A stretch of 64,000 nt of DNA from an uncultured delta proteobacterium (GCA_963807225.1 CAWEAD010000008.1:337763-401762); one strand, 5' to 3'. Shown: positions 54,569 to 63,994, counted from the stretch's first letter. The notes: generated by a model not told the origin, from the letters alone. Numbers and translations are program-made.

Positions 54569-55678
54569 ATGAGCGGCGGTATTCCCGCAAAAAAACGGAC
54601 CCCCAGGATACTGGTGGTGGACGACGAAGAAAATATTCATCAGGCGATCCGCCAGGTGTTGGCTCCGGAAAACCGGCACCATTCGGCTCGCCGGGAACTG
54701 GCCGACCTGGCCGCTACTCTGTTTGAAACCACCAGCCGACAGGATGAAACGGCTCTCTACGATCTAGTTTTCTGTCGCCAGGGAGACGATGCGCTGGTGG
54801 CTGTGGCACGGGCTTTGGAAATCGATGCTCCCTTTGCCATGGTTTTCCTCGACATGCGGATGCCGCCGGGTAAGGACGGTTTGTGGACGGCGGCTCGGAT
54901 CAGAGAGCTGGATGACATGGTCAACATCCTGATCATGACCGCCTATTCCGATATCGATCCGGCCGAAATCTCGGCCACCGTCAAGCCGGCCGACAAACTG
55001 CTCTATCTTCAGAAACCCTTGCGCCCCGCAGAAATACGCCAGTTCGCCGCAGCCCTGTCCACCAAGTGGCGGACCGAGATAGAGTTGCGTACCGCCAATC
55101 TGCAATTGGCTGCCGCTCGCAACCGTCTGCAGCAGTTGTTGGACGAACGGACCGCAGCATTGAAGCATACCGAGCACCATCTGGACCGGGTTCAGACCGA
55201 TCTGCAGCAGAAGGATGAACTGCTCGACCGGCAATCGACCGAACTCTATGAATCGAACGTGGCCATGAAGGTGTTGCTGAAGAACGTATCCGGCGGTGAA
55301 TTCGGACCGCAGCCGCAGGAGAGGGAACTGGACCAGATGCTGGTCATGAACATCAAGGAACTCACCGGACCTTATCTGGACCGGCTGGCGGCCAGCGAAC
55401 TGACCGCGACGCAACGAGATTATCTGGAAGTTCTTCGGTACAATCTGGAAAACATCGCTTCCCCGGCCATGTATCGCCTTTTTTCGGGTGAAACCGATTT
55501 GACCCCGGCCGAGCTCCAAGTCGCCAATCTGGTCAGGCAGGGCAGGTCGACCAAGGAAATCGCCGGTTTTTTATACCTGTCTCCGCGAACGGTGGAGTTT
55601 CACCGCGACAACATCAGAAAAAAACTTGGCATCGGCGATCGGCGCACCAGTCTGCGTTCGGTCCTCCAGACGTTATGA
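54569..55678 (+). CDS. response regulator: receiver - coiled coil - LuxR-type HTH
   Basis: ILVVDDEENI...FLDMRMPPGKDG. C-terminal LTPAELQVANLVRQGRSTKEIAGFLYLSPRTVEFHRDNIRKKLGI. ATG 54569 preferred. Confidence 0.85.
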   Translation: MSGGIPAKKRTPRILVVDDEENIHQAIRQVLAPENRHHSARRELADLAATLFETTSRQDETALYDLVFCRQGDDALVAVARALEIDAPFAMVFLDMRMPPGKDGLWTAARIRELDDMVNILIMTAYSDIDPAEISATVKPADKLLYLQKPLRPAEIRQFAAALSTKWRTEIELRTANLQLAAARNRLQQLLDERTAALKHTEHHLDRVQTDLQQKDELLDRQSTELYESNVAMKVLLKNVSGGEFGPQPQERELDQMLVMNIKELTGPYLDRLAASELTATQRDYLEVLRYNLENIASPAMYRLFSGETDLTPAELQVANLVRQGRSTKEIAGFLYLSPRTVEFHRDNIRKKLGIGDRRTSLRSVLQTL

Positions 55679-55715
55679 AGGGTGATGGAATCTCAGCCGG
55701 GCGTGGTTTAGATCG

Positions 55716-56894
55716 TTACCTGCTCTTCACTCCGATATTTGCCGATCGTTCCGGAGTTGAGCAAATTTGCTTCGCCGCGGTTCCGGGTAGGGGGAGGGGA
55801 GTTCCATTTGGAGATTTCTGCTCTAGTCCGGCGTGCAGTTCCAGCCGGCGCCCCTGTTTCTTGCCCGCCCTATATTGATCGGTATCGATCCGGACTGCCC
55901 GACGTCGGCTCCTACGCAAACGGGGATAGCGCAGGGCCAGGAAATGCTCCCGGTCCGGGTCCGGCCCCGGAACCGGCCAATGTGCAATCTCCTCGGTTCG
56001 GTTGGCTCCGTTCGGAGCCGTTTGCTGCCGGTTTCCGTCGGCCAATTTCTCCTGAAAACCCTTCAGGACTCCCAGATAAAAGGAATTCCTCCCGGTTACT
56101 CCAGAGGTTTTAAACTCCCGTCGATGTTGTCGCCAGAGGGTGGCCAGACGGCCGATCAGAAAAACGAAGACATATTCGGCCACCTTGACCTGACCTGGTC
56201 TTCCGATGAGATCGAAACATTTAAACTCCCGGCAGGCAGATGAATCGAAAGTAGTTGCCAGGATTACTTCCACTTGGAAAAAATCAATGAGAATGGTGGC
56301 CAGCAGGCGGTGATGGCCAGCCAGTCGCTGCAGTTTTAGATTGATGACTCTGGAGCAATATAATGTCGAGCCGGTCCCGCCTGGTAAACGGTGGCGGGCC
56401 AGTAATTCCCGGGCCTTGCGCATGGCCAGTAAGGCCTCGTTCTCGTTGGCTGACTCGGACAAGGCCAGGAGTTTGCGCACTTTTTCCAGTAGAGCCCGAG
56501 TGTGATCGTGGGCCAGGGGATCGGGCAGGGGGCTGGTCAGGGGCAGGGCTCCAGCGGCGCAACGGTACTCCTCCGGTACCCCCAGTCGTTCGCAGGCCCG
56601 ATGGAAAGCTACGCCATGGGCCTTTTCGTCACCCTTTTCGGAAGAGACCAGCTGGTGAGCCATTTCGTGCCGGAAGACATTCAAAACTACTTCCCAGGGA
56701 TGGCGGCGAATTAATTGTTCGGCCAGGCAGATGGACCGAAAGGCTGGTTGCCATTGCCCCCAATAACCGGTGGCCGAACTGATTTCGATCAGGGGAGAGG
56801 GTAGATCCACCTTGTGTTGCCAGCAGATCCGGCGATGTTCTCGGACCAGTTGCATCGCCCAGATTTTCAAGAAATCGCCACTTATGTTTGACAT
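55716..56894 (-). CDS. SprT-like zinc-metallopeptidase domain plus DUF2786-like domain protein
   Basis: HEMAHQL (HExxH). LLEKVRKLLALSESANENEALLAMRKARELL resembles DUF2786. Arg-rich C-terminal third. Confidence 0.6.
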   Translation of the reverse strand: MSNISGDFLKIWAMQLVREHRRICWQHKVDLPSPLIEISSATGYWGQWQPAFRSICLAEQLIRRHPWEVVLNVFRHEMAHQLVSSEKGDEKAHGVAFHRACERLGVPEEYRCAAGALPLTSPLPDPLAHDHTRALLEKVRKLLALSESANENEALLAMRKARELLARHRLPGGTGSTLYCSRVINLKLQRLAGHHRLLATILIDFFQVEVILATTFDSSACREFKCFDLIGRPGQVKVAEYVFVFLIGRLATLWRQHRREFKTSGVTGRNSFYLGVLKGFQEKLADGNRQQTAPNGANRTEEIAHWPVPGPDPDREHFLALRYPRLRRSRRRAVRIDTDQYRAGKKQGRRLELHAGLEQKSPNGTPLPLPGTAAKQICSTPERSANIGVKSR

Positions 56895-57199
56895 GGGGCT
56901 AATATAATACCGGCGGACCCAGACGGCGACATGATTGTGAATCGATCCCGTTCAGAAGATTCCAGCTATAATGCAAATGCTGAAAAATACTTTTGATTCT
57001 CGAAGGTTACGTTAGATAAGCCCGTGTTGCCCCGTATTCTCCAAGTATTTTTCCGGCGTTGCCAGATAGGTCGAAAAAAAACATATAAAAAATTCTCAGG
57101 TAGATTGGGGTTAACTAACGTTTGTGCTTGATTTTACGGCCTGGCCTGGCCCCCTGTTTCACCTTATTATTAAATTAACTAAGCTGAAATATTTCTCGG

Positions 57200-58003
57200 A
57201 TGAAAAAAAACAAGATGGTTCCGTTCGAGAAAATGCTTTCCGGCAATCCTCTCTATGATCAGGAACTAAAACTGGCGCCCTGGGAAATCGAGGCTGAGAA
57301 CTTTGCCCGGATCGACGCACCCGAACTGATCGAAAAGACTCTGCAGGTAATCAAGGACGATTACGTGCTACTGGTGCTGGCCTCGATGGAAGGGGGCAGA
57401 TACGGTAACACCATTCTGGTCAAATTCGATCGGGATATCCTATCCATCGACCGCCCCTCCGATTTCGACGAGAAGTCCGTCGAATGGTTTCGTATTTACT
57501 TTCAGGATATCCTCGGCGTTTGGAGTTTCTTCGAGGTCAAGACGATATCCGAATGTCTTTCTTCCCTATGCACCACCTATCCGGAAAGTCTTTATCGCCT
57601 GCAACGCCGCCAATATCACCGGGTGGAGGTACCACGGGGGACCAGGACGGTTTTCTGGGAGAACAACAATCTGTGTGATGGCGGGTATGTCAAGGATCTG
57701 AGCGCCACCGGCATGTTGATCTGCACCGGTCACTCCGAAGTCAAGTTCGAGAACGAGTCGGTTCTAAATGAAATTGCCATCGCCTTGCCGTATCTTCCTT
57801 CGGACTGCTGCAAGGAAACCGAGGAAAGAGCTGTGCTGCCGGTCATTCATAAGGGCCGAATCGTCAGATCTTTCAAAGACAGCGCTAACCTGATCTGTCA
57901 CGGGGTTTCCTTTGAATATGATGAGGAGTCGGAACGGGAATTGGCACGTTTCGTCGAGGCACTTATGGAGCACGGGCAGAAGGTCGATCGAAAGATGTCA
58001 TGA
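57200..58003 (+). CDS. YcgR-like PilZ domain protein
   Basis: LQRRQYHRVEV...VKDLSATGMLICTG (RxxxR / DxSxxG) preceded by a PilZN-like domain. Confidence 0.75.
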   Translation: MKKNKMVPFEKMLSGNPLYDQELKLAPWEIEAENFARIDAPELIEKTLQVIKDDYVLLVLASMEGGRYGNTILVKFDRDILSIDRPSDFDEKSVEWFRIYFQDILGVWSFFEVKTISECLSSLCTTYPESLYRLQRRQYHRVEVPRGTRTVFWENNNLCDGGYVKDLSATGMLICTGHSEVKFENESVLNEIAIALPYLPSDCCKETEERAVLPVIHKGRIVRSFKDSANLICHGVSFEYDEESERELARFVEALMEHGQKVDRKMS

Positions 58004-58783
58004 AACTGCATCGGAACCAGGAAATAAACCATTCCGGACCATGCCCCTGGGTGAGCTCCGAATCGTCGTTTGCCACTTTACGGGACGGGAAACGGATCAA
58101 GACGATTCAGGGCGAAGTCAGGGGGCAGCACTTCTTTTTTACGCCGGTAGCCGCGATGGCAGGATTTTTGCGCCGAATTTACTGATCGCTTTGAAAACAA
58201 GGGTTTTGCAGGTTGACAAACCCCTGGACTGGGACGAAAAGCTAACCGATTTTCGACTCTTTTTCCGGAGAAATAACGATCTCTGGTTTGGTTTCCGGGT
58301 CCAGGATTTTGACATTCATCCCTTTACCCTCTCTTTTCCCCCTGCCGATGAAATTTGCTTTCTCCAGAGACGGCAATCTCCAGGAATTACCGTACCGTGC
58401 GGCACCAGGGCTATGCTCCGGAAAATAGGCAAGTTCATAAGTGCTTTATTTGTCCGGGATACCAGTAACGACGGCATGTTGATCTGCTCCGGCTCCAAGG
58501 CTTTCGGGATTGATTTCGGCGCAAATTTACAGGGCATATAATTTCCATTCCCGAGCATGGTTTGAACCCGAGCCAGACTCTGCCACCCATCGATAACGGC
58601 CAGGTCGTGCGGTGTTTTTTCGATGGGAAAACAAGGCTTATTGCCATGAAGTGGACTTTCGTTATGAGAGCCCATATGTCCGGGAGGCCCTGCAAAGCCT
58701 GGTCCGGGGCGCCGATTGACCACATTTTCCCGCTGCCAGATCGCTCCACCCCACCATCCGTTTTCGCCTTCACCCCAGAATAA
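58000..58783 (+). pseudogene. decayed tandem paralog of the PilZ gene
   Basis: ATGA overlap with the upstream gene. Homologous segments lie in three frames: 58000-58185; then ...LQRRQSPGITVPCGTRAM...VRDTSNDGMLICSG... to 58541; then LPPIDNGQVVRCFFDGKTRLIAMKWTFV in 58562-58783. Confidence 0.5.
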
Positions 58784-58975
58784 ATCTCTTGAGCCCAGTG
58801 GCCAACGGCTTTAGTGTTTCAACACGGAGAAGAATATAAACCCACTTCATCAGGAGAGGGTTTCGTTCGGGAATTGAATCTCCTCAAGGGTACTATAAAC
58901 GCCTCTGACTTGAAGCTATCGACTTCAACCGATAGCTTATTGACTTACTGAACCTCTATGAAACACGGGACGATA

Positions 58976-59632
58976 ATGTTCGACTACACATTGACCGAGG
59001 CCGAGGCCAGGGTGCTTGGCTCCTTATTGGAAAAGGAAATGAGCACTCCGGAATACTATCCGCTTACTCTCAAGGCCCTGACTGCCGCCTGCAATCAGAA
59101 ATCGAATCGAGAGCCGGTGGTGAACTATGACGAGACTACGGTGGTTCGGACTCTGGATGCCCTCAAAGAAAAAAGATTGGTGCGACAGAGCGATGCCAGC
59201 CGGGTACCCCGATACGAAGAGATATTCATCCGCAACGGCAATCTGGTCGACCGGGAGGCCGCCCTCGTCTGTCTGCTGCTATTGCGGGGCGGTCAGACCT
59301 TGGGCGAGCTTCGGGGGCGCAGCGAGAGGCTTTATTCATTTTCCTCCATGGAGGAAGTGGAGGAGGTTTTGCAAAACCTGATTGATTTGGAGGTGGTCAA
59401 GAAAATGGAAAGGTTGCCGGGGCAGAAAGAGAGCCGCTTTGTCCACCTCCTTTGTGGTGAAGTGTCGGAGTTACCGGCTGGAAAATCTGGAGCCAGGGCG
59501 GAAGAAGCCACTCGGTTGGTCAGGGCGGAGAACGAGCGGTTGGCGGCTCTGGAAGATGAGGTCCGCGCTCTGCGGGACGAGCTGGAGGAAACACGGCAGG
59601 CTCTGCGGGATTTTCAGGCCCAGTTCGAGTGA
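58976..59632 (+). CDS. YceH/DUF480 family protein
   Basis: MFDYTLTEAEARVLGSLLEKEMSTPEYYPLTLKALTAACNQKSNREPV... is collinear with E. coli YceH. C-terminal coiled coil. Confidence 0.8.
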   Translation: MFDYTLTEAEARVLGSLLEKEMSTPEYYPLTLKALTAACNQKSNREPVVNYDETTVVRTLDALKEKRLVRQSDASRVPRYEEIFIRNGNLVDREAALVCLLLLRGGQTLGELRGRSERLYSFSSMEEVEEVLQNLIDLEVVKKMERLPGQKESRFVHLLCGEVSELPAGKSGARAEEATRLVRAENERLAALEDEVRALRDELEETRQALRDFQAQFE

Positions 59633-59754
59633 TTTCAAATTGCCGTATTGACTCTGGCGTCAACCGTCCGACTGTAAACCTTCCTAACAAGACAACGGCG
59701 GGCAAGGCCTATTGTCGGGCTACCAGCCGTTATCTTGCCGTCAGGCGGCCGGTT

Positions 59755-60180
59755 TTACTCTACAGTGAAATCCGTGGCGGCCAGGATGTTAGAGTTGCTG
59801 TCCTGGACCTCAACCCGCCAGGATCCGGCGCGACCGGACAGTTTCTTGCTGGAGTACGTACGCCAGCGATTACCTTGTCGGATCGGCAGGATCACTCGGG
59901 CAACTTCTTGGCCATCGTACAGCCAGACAAAGCTAACTTCGACATCGCGGCTGATGCTGGTTGCTTCCAGAAAGGCATAAGCCATTTCGGTGCCGGCCGG
60001 GAAGGTGCTGACGTTATCGACAGGCTCTCGGTTCTCGATGCCGCTGCAAATGACCAGCCGGTTGATGGTCAGGCTGGCGGTGTTATCCGCAGCCCGGCAG
60101 GGGGAGGCAGGCCAGAGCAAGGTGGTCAACATGGCGGTCAGCAACAGGACAAGGGATAATGAGGTGGGATTTCTGGTCAT
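59755..60180 (-). CDS. secreted DUF2914-like protein
   Basis: Signal peptide. ...ICSGIENREPV...VSFVWLYDGQEV...WRTYSSK...GSWRVEV pattern. Confidence 0.55.
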   Translation of the reverse strand: MTRNPTSLSLVLLLTAMLTTLLWPASPCRAADNTASLTINRLVICSGIENREPVDNVSTFPAGTEMAYAFLEATSISRDVEVSFVWLYDGQEVARVILPIRQGNRWRTYSSKKLSGRAGSWRVEVQDSNSNILAATDFTVE

Positions 60181-60328
60181 GTGGTGGTCTCCTCACAGCT
60201 TGGAATTTTTTGGTAAGGGAAGCTTGCGGACGCCATTAGATAACAATCTTTTCCAGTATTTTGAAAGGGGCTTGAGCAAATTAAATTCAAAATTCATAAT
60301 GGAAAAACTTTGATAGCCCTGGTCGGAC

Positions 60329-61330
60329 CTACCAGTTGCCCGAATCCCTGGTTTCCCGGATCCGCTGGAGTTGATCCTCAAGGTCGGCCAGCTCCTGGCG
60401 CCAGTACTGGTCGCTACCCCAGTCACGGGTAGGTGGACCGTTGAGATCGTCGGCCTGGCGGGCGCACCAGGCCTGGAAGTGGATGAAGCGCATGGCCCGC
60501 AGGGGTTCGATTAACCCCAACTCGCGCCGGTCGAAAGCCCTGAAGGTCTCATAGCCCTCCAGAAAGAGGTCGATTTCATAGAGAGATCGTTCCGGCAGAT
60601 CCGGAAGCAGCAACCAGAAATCCTGTACCGCCGGTCCTCGGGCGCAGTCGTCGAAATCGATCAGGTAGAACGATTCCCCCGGCCGGTATATGATGTTGGA
60701 GGCGTGGCAGTCACCATGGATGCGGAGCAGTCTCCGCCCTTCGAAAAGCGGGGTGATTTCCGCCAGCAACTCCTCGGCGGTTCGGAAAAAGTCTGGCGCC
60801 AGTTCCGGCGGCAGGAACTTGCCCCGTTGCAGAAAATCCAGATGTTCCCTGGTCGAGTGGGTCGGGTGGATGGTCGGCCGTTCCCGGTAATCGCGCAAGG
60901 TCCCGATGGCGTGGACTCGACCCAGCAAACGCCCCAGGGAGAGCCATTGTTCCTCGCTGAACTCATTGCTGAAGCGCCCGCCTTTCTTGGGGAAAAGGGC
61001 GAAGCTCACCTGATCGAAAGAGCCGAGGGTGTCTCCGTCCTTCAACCGGCAGGGTGCGATGACCGGCACCTCTTCCGCAGCCAGTTCCAGGAGAAAGTCG
61101 TGTTCATCTTGCAAGCCCTGGCGCGACCAACGGCCGGGCCGATAGAACTTGGCGATAAAGCCCAGTCCAGCCCGGCTTTGCAGCTCATAAACCCGGTTGA
61201 TATAGCTGTTCATGGGCCGGCAGATGTTGGTGAACGGCTCACCCAACTCCCGCTCGGCCAGGGTGATGACCTGGTCTGGATTGAGCCGGTGAAAAGGGGA
61301 GAGTTCGGTGCCGTTCTTTTTCATACTCAT
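60329..61330 (-). CDS. SrkA/RdoA (YihE)-like serine/threonine kinase, aminoglycoside-phosphotransferase fold
   Basis: ...NRVYEL...FYRPGRWS...HGDCHASNII...LIDFDD... Confidence 0.8.
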   Translation of the reverse strand: MSMKKNGTELSPFHRLNPDQVITLAERELGEPFTNICRPMNSYINRVYELQSRAGLGFIAKFYRPGRWSRQGLQDEHDFLLELAAEEVPVIAPCRLKDGDTLGSFDQVSFALFPKKGGRFSNEFSEEQWLSLGRLLGRVHAIGTLRDYRERPTIHPTHSTREHLDFLQRGKFLPPELAPDFFRTAEELLAEITPLFEGRRLLRIHGDCHASNIIYRPGESFYLIDFDDCARGPAVQDFWLLLPDLPERSLYEIDLFLEGYETFRAFDRRELGLIEPLRAMRFIHFQAWCARQADDLNGPPTRDWGSDQYWRQELADLEDQLQRIRETRDSGNW

Positions 61331-61475
61331 CTCTTTTTGCCTTGTGGCTGACCGGTTAATCGCTCCCGGTCATTACGTCGGTTCTCGATTTTTGTGGCAG
61401 AATATCGTATTGACGGTAAAATTGCTTGAGATATCCGGAGCATTCCCTAATGGAAAACCCGGGCGGAAAACTGCA

Positions 61476-62357
61476 ATGACGAGTCGCGGAAAAAAAATAA
61501 ATAACCTGGTCATCGTCTCCGGTCTGGCCCTCAATCTGGTGATGCTCTGGGGGGTTTTGCAACTCTGGCCGCGAGGTTCTAAAGCCTTGCCATTGCCGGA
61601 CCGGACGCATCCGGCATCACTCCAAGAGGCTCAACCAGCTGTTCCTCTTGCGGCGGCTCAAGCGAAAAAGCCAGTATTCAGGTCTACTTTGCAGCCGTTA
61701 CTGCCTCCGGCGCGATCGGTTGCCGAGGACACAGACTCGAGCCCGGAACCACGGATGATCGACGGGCCTCGTAAGATCATCCGGTCGGCCGGTCCCGGGC
61801 AGGAGCTGGTCGCCATCGACGGTGAGTATTTTACAGTGACGCCGCCCTGGCTGGGACACAGTCTGCACCAGGTAATCGATCCCCGTCATCCCGGTCTGGT
61901 CATGCTGCCCCGGGAGATGACCTTCGAGGAAAGAAAAATTTACGTTACCGCCGATACCCGCCAGGCCTTTCTGAAGATGGCCGATGCGGCCGACCGGGAC
62001 GGGGTGCACCTCAAAGTCGATTCAGGTTACCGCAGCGCCGGCTATCAGCGCGCCATTTACCGCAAGCGGTTGGCTGAGGGAATCGAATTTGCCGAGATCT
62101 CCAAATCGGTGGCGCCGCCCGGCTACTCCGAGCACATGCTGGGTTGCACCCTCGATCTGGTTCCCAGCAACTGGTCCTTCAAGGACACCCCTGCCGACCG
62201 GTGGCTGCGCGCCAACGCCGGTCGATTTTCCTTCGTGCAAAGCTACCCGGCCAACAACCCCAAGGGCTTTTCCTGGGAACCCTGGCACTGGAAGTATGTA
62301 GGTAATGTCGCCGATGCTTCACGACAGGTCTCCTTGCTGAATAAGCAAAACAGCTGA
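61476..62357 (+). CDS. M15-family D-alanyl-D-alanine carboxypeptidase (VanY-like), membrane anchored
   Basis: N-terminal TM helix. SGYRSAGYQ...PGYSEHMLGCTLDL...WEPWHWKY. ATG 61476 preferred. Confidence 0.85.
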   Translation: MTSRGKKINNLVIVSGLALNLVMLWGVLQLWPRGSKALPLPDRTHPASLQEAQPAVPLAAAQAKKPVFRSTLQPLLPPARSVAEDTDSSPEPRMIDGPRKIIRSAGPGQELVAIDGEYFTVTPPWLGHSLHQVIDPRHPGLVMLPREMTFEERKIYVTADTRQAFLKMADAADRDGVHLKVDSGYRSAGYQRAIYRKRLAEGIEFAEISKSVAPPGYSEHMLGCTLDLVPSNWSFKDTPADRWLRANAGRFSFVQSYPANNPKGFSWEPWHWKYVGNVADASRQVSLLNKQNS

Positions 62358-62374
62358 CTGATCGCCCACAAATC

Positions 62375-62566
62375 TTATTGAACAGGGTTCGGACGGCCTA
62401 TACCCGCTAATTCAACTCGTAATTGTACCGGGTGACTCACCGAATATTCTTCGTTTCGGGTTTGGTCGCAGATCTTTAGGAAATACTGGTGAATATGATC
62501 AGTTACCAGCTTCACTGCCTCTTCCCGGATATCTTTCGTGTACCTCCCGTTGGGAATTCTTTCCAT
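62375..62566 (-). mobile_element. possible remnant of an IS3-family transposase orfA
   Basis: The N-terminus MERIPNGRYTKDIREEAVKLV resembles the IS3 OrfA start (R.ysxEFKxEAVxLV). The rest has diverged, and there is no orfB or inverted repeats. Confidence 0.25.
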
Positions 62567-62726
62567 TCTAACACCTCCATCTTCCGTTTAAATAACCGGC
62601 GCTTGGTGTCCACTATTTTCATCCGACCTAAGGGAATCAGGGTTCCCCGATTATAGATTTCTTCTTAGGGTTTACCGAAAACACTTGGTTTGTATGCTAA
62701 ACTGAGAATGAAGGTAAATTAACGGA

Positions 62727-62800
62727 GATTGAAGCTCCCCGCCGCAGATAAGCGCAGACTTCGAGTTGAGGGGTATGCACTCACTGTTCATGTTCAAGCA
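62727..62800 (+). repeat. single copy of the ~85-nt noncoding unit (see 34821-34989), forming the leader of the thioredoxin gene
   Basis: GATTGAAGCTCCCCGCCGCAGATAAGCGCAGACTTCGAGTTGAGGGGTATGCACTCACTGTTCATGTTCAAG, immediately followed by AGGAGG and ATG 62812. Confidence 0.7.
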
Positions 62801-62811
62801 AGGAGGTGAAT

Positions 62812-63258
62812 ATGGCGGATTATCTGGTGAAGTGTCCGGCCTGTGGAAAAAGCAACCGGATTCCGGCCGCGAAGGAAGGGCTGGTGGGGCGGTGTGGTAA
62901 TTGCCGAGCGCAGTTGCCGCCCCTCTATTATCAGCCGCACGCGCTAACCGAAAGGAAATTCGACGACTTTATCCATTCCTACAACGGTCCGGTTCTGGCC
63001 GAGTTCTGGGCGCCGTGGTGACCACACTGCGTAAACTTCGCACCGGTGGTGCGAGAAGTGGCTAGGAGGATGGCCGGCTGTCTGGCGGTGGTGCAGATCA
63101 ATACCCAGGAAAACCCTAATATCGGCAGTCGTTTCGGGGTCAGTGGAATTCCTTCCCTGTTTCTTCTGCAACAGGGAAGGGTGGTGGATCAGACCTCCGG
63201 GGCCCAGTCCTACGAGGCCTTACTCTCCTGGGTCAGGCGACATGTGACATGCCGATGA
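62812..63258 (+). CDS. Trx2-like thioredoxin, selenocysteine-containing (UGA at 63019-63021; active site W-U-P-H-C)
   Basis: AGGAGG RBS. N-terminal zinc finger CPACG...CGNC, then FWAPW-U-PHC where TrxC has FWAPWCGPC. The downstream frame is open with thioredoxin-fold residues (...VVQINTQENPNIGSRFGVSGIPSLFLLQQGRVV...). The ORF track splits this into 62806-63021 and 63046-63258. Confidence 0.8.
63035..63059 (+). promoter_or_regulatory. SECIS-like hairpin downstream of the thioredoxin UGA
   Basis: ACTTCGCAC-CGGTG-GTGCGA(GA)AGT: a 6-bp plus 3-bp stem with a 2-nt bulge and a GGU-containing apical loop, starting 14 nt after the UGA. Confidence 0.5.
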
Positions 63259-63394
63259 ATTATGCCCGGCCTCGGAACTTTTGGCGATTTTTTTTGACAT
63301 TCCCGGAGTGCCGGTAATAGCCTTAACTTAATCGCCGATCGATTGGAGGTAATTTCCCCTGGATGAAGATCTGGAATTTTAGAGGCAAGTTGAG

Positions 63395-63994
63395 GTGAAC
63401 ATGATGATTGAAAACGAGCGTAAATTTAAGAGGGGGCATAAGGTTCTCTGTCGGAATCTGCTGCTCACCCTCGCGGTTGTCGGCCTGACGACGGCCTGTG
63501 TGCCGGCTCGGTACGCCGAGGTTCCCGTGGAGGCGGAACAACCGCCGCCACCACCCAGCCGGGTTTACTTTTATCCCACTCAAGGTCAGACCACCGAACA
63601 GCAGGATCGCGACAGCTATGAATGCTATCTCTGGGCTAAACAGCAGACCGGTTATGATCCCAGCGCTCCCAATCTGGCGCCACATGCTCGGGTAGCCGTG
63701 ATACCCGAACCGCCGCCCGGCGCCGGTACTGCGGTCGGTGCCGTGACCGGGGCGATTCTGGGCGCCGCCGTCTCCTCGCATGGTAACCGGCCGGAAGGCG
63801 CCCTGGTGGGCGCCCTGGCCGGCGGCGTGCTCGGTACTGCCGCCGATGCGGCACGCCAGGAAGAGGCTGCCAGGCTACAGGAAAATTACGATCGTCGGAG
63901 TGGACAACGTCAAGCAGTTATCGAGCGCCAGGCCATCGAGTATCGCCGCGCCCTGACTGCCTGTCTGGAAGGGCGTGGCTATACCGTGCGCTAA
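63395..63994 (+). CDS. glycine-zipper lipoprotein
   Basis: Lipobox LTTAC. Gly-zipper GAGTAVGAVTGAILGAAV...GALVGALAGGVLGTAA. GTG 63395 or ATG 63401 as the start. Confidence 0.6.
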   Translation: MNMMIENERKFKRGHKVLCRNLLLTLAVVGLTTACVPARYAEVPVEAEQPPPPPSRVYFYPTQGQTTEQQDRDSYECYLWAKQQTGYDPSAPNLAPHARVAVIPEPPPGAGTAVGAVTGAILGAAVSSHGNRPEGALVGALAGGVLGTAADAARQEEAARLQENYDRRSGQRQAVIERQAIEYRRALTACLEGRGYTVR

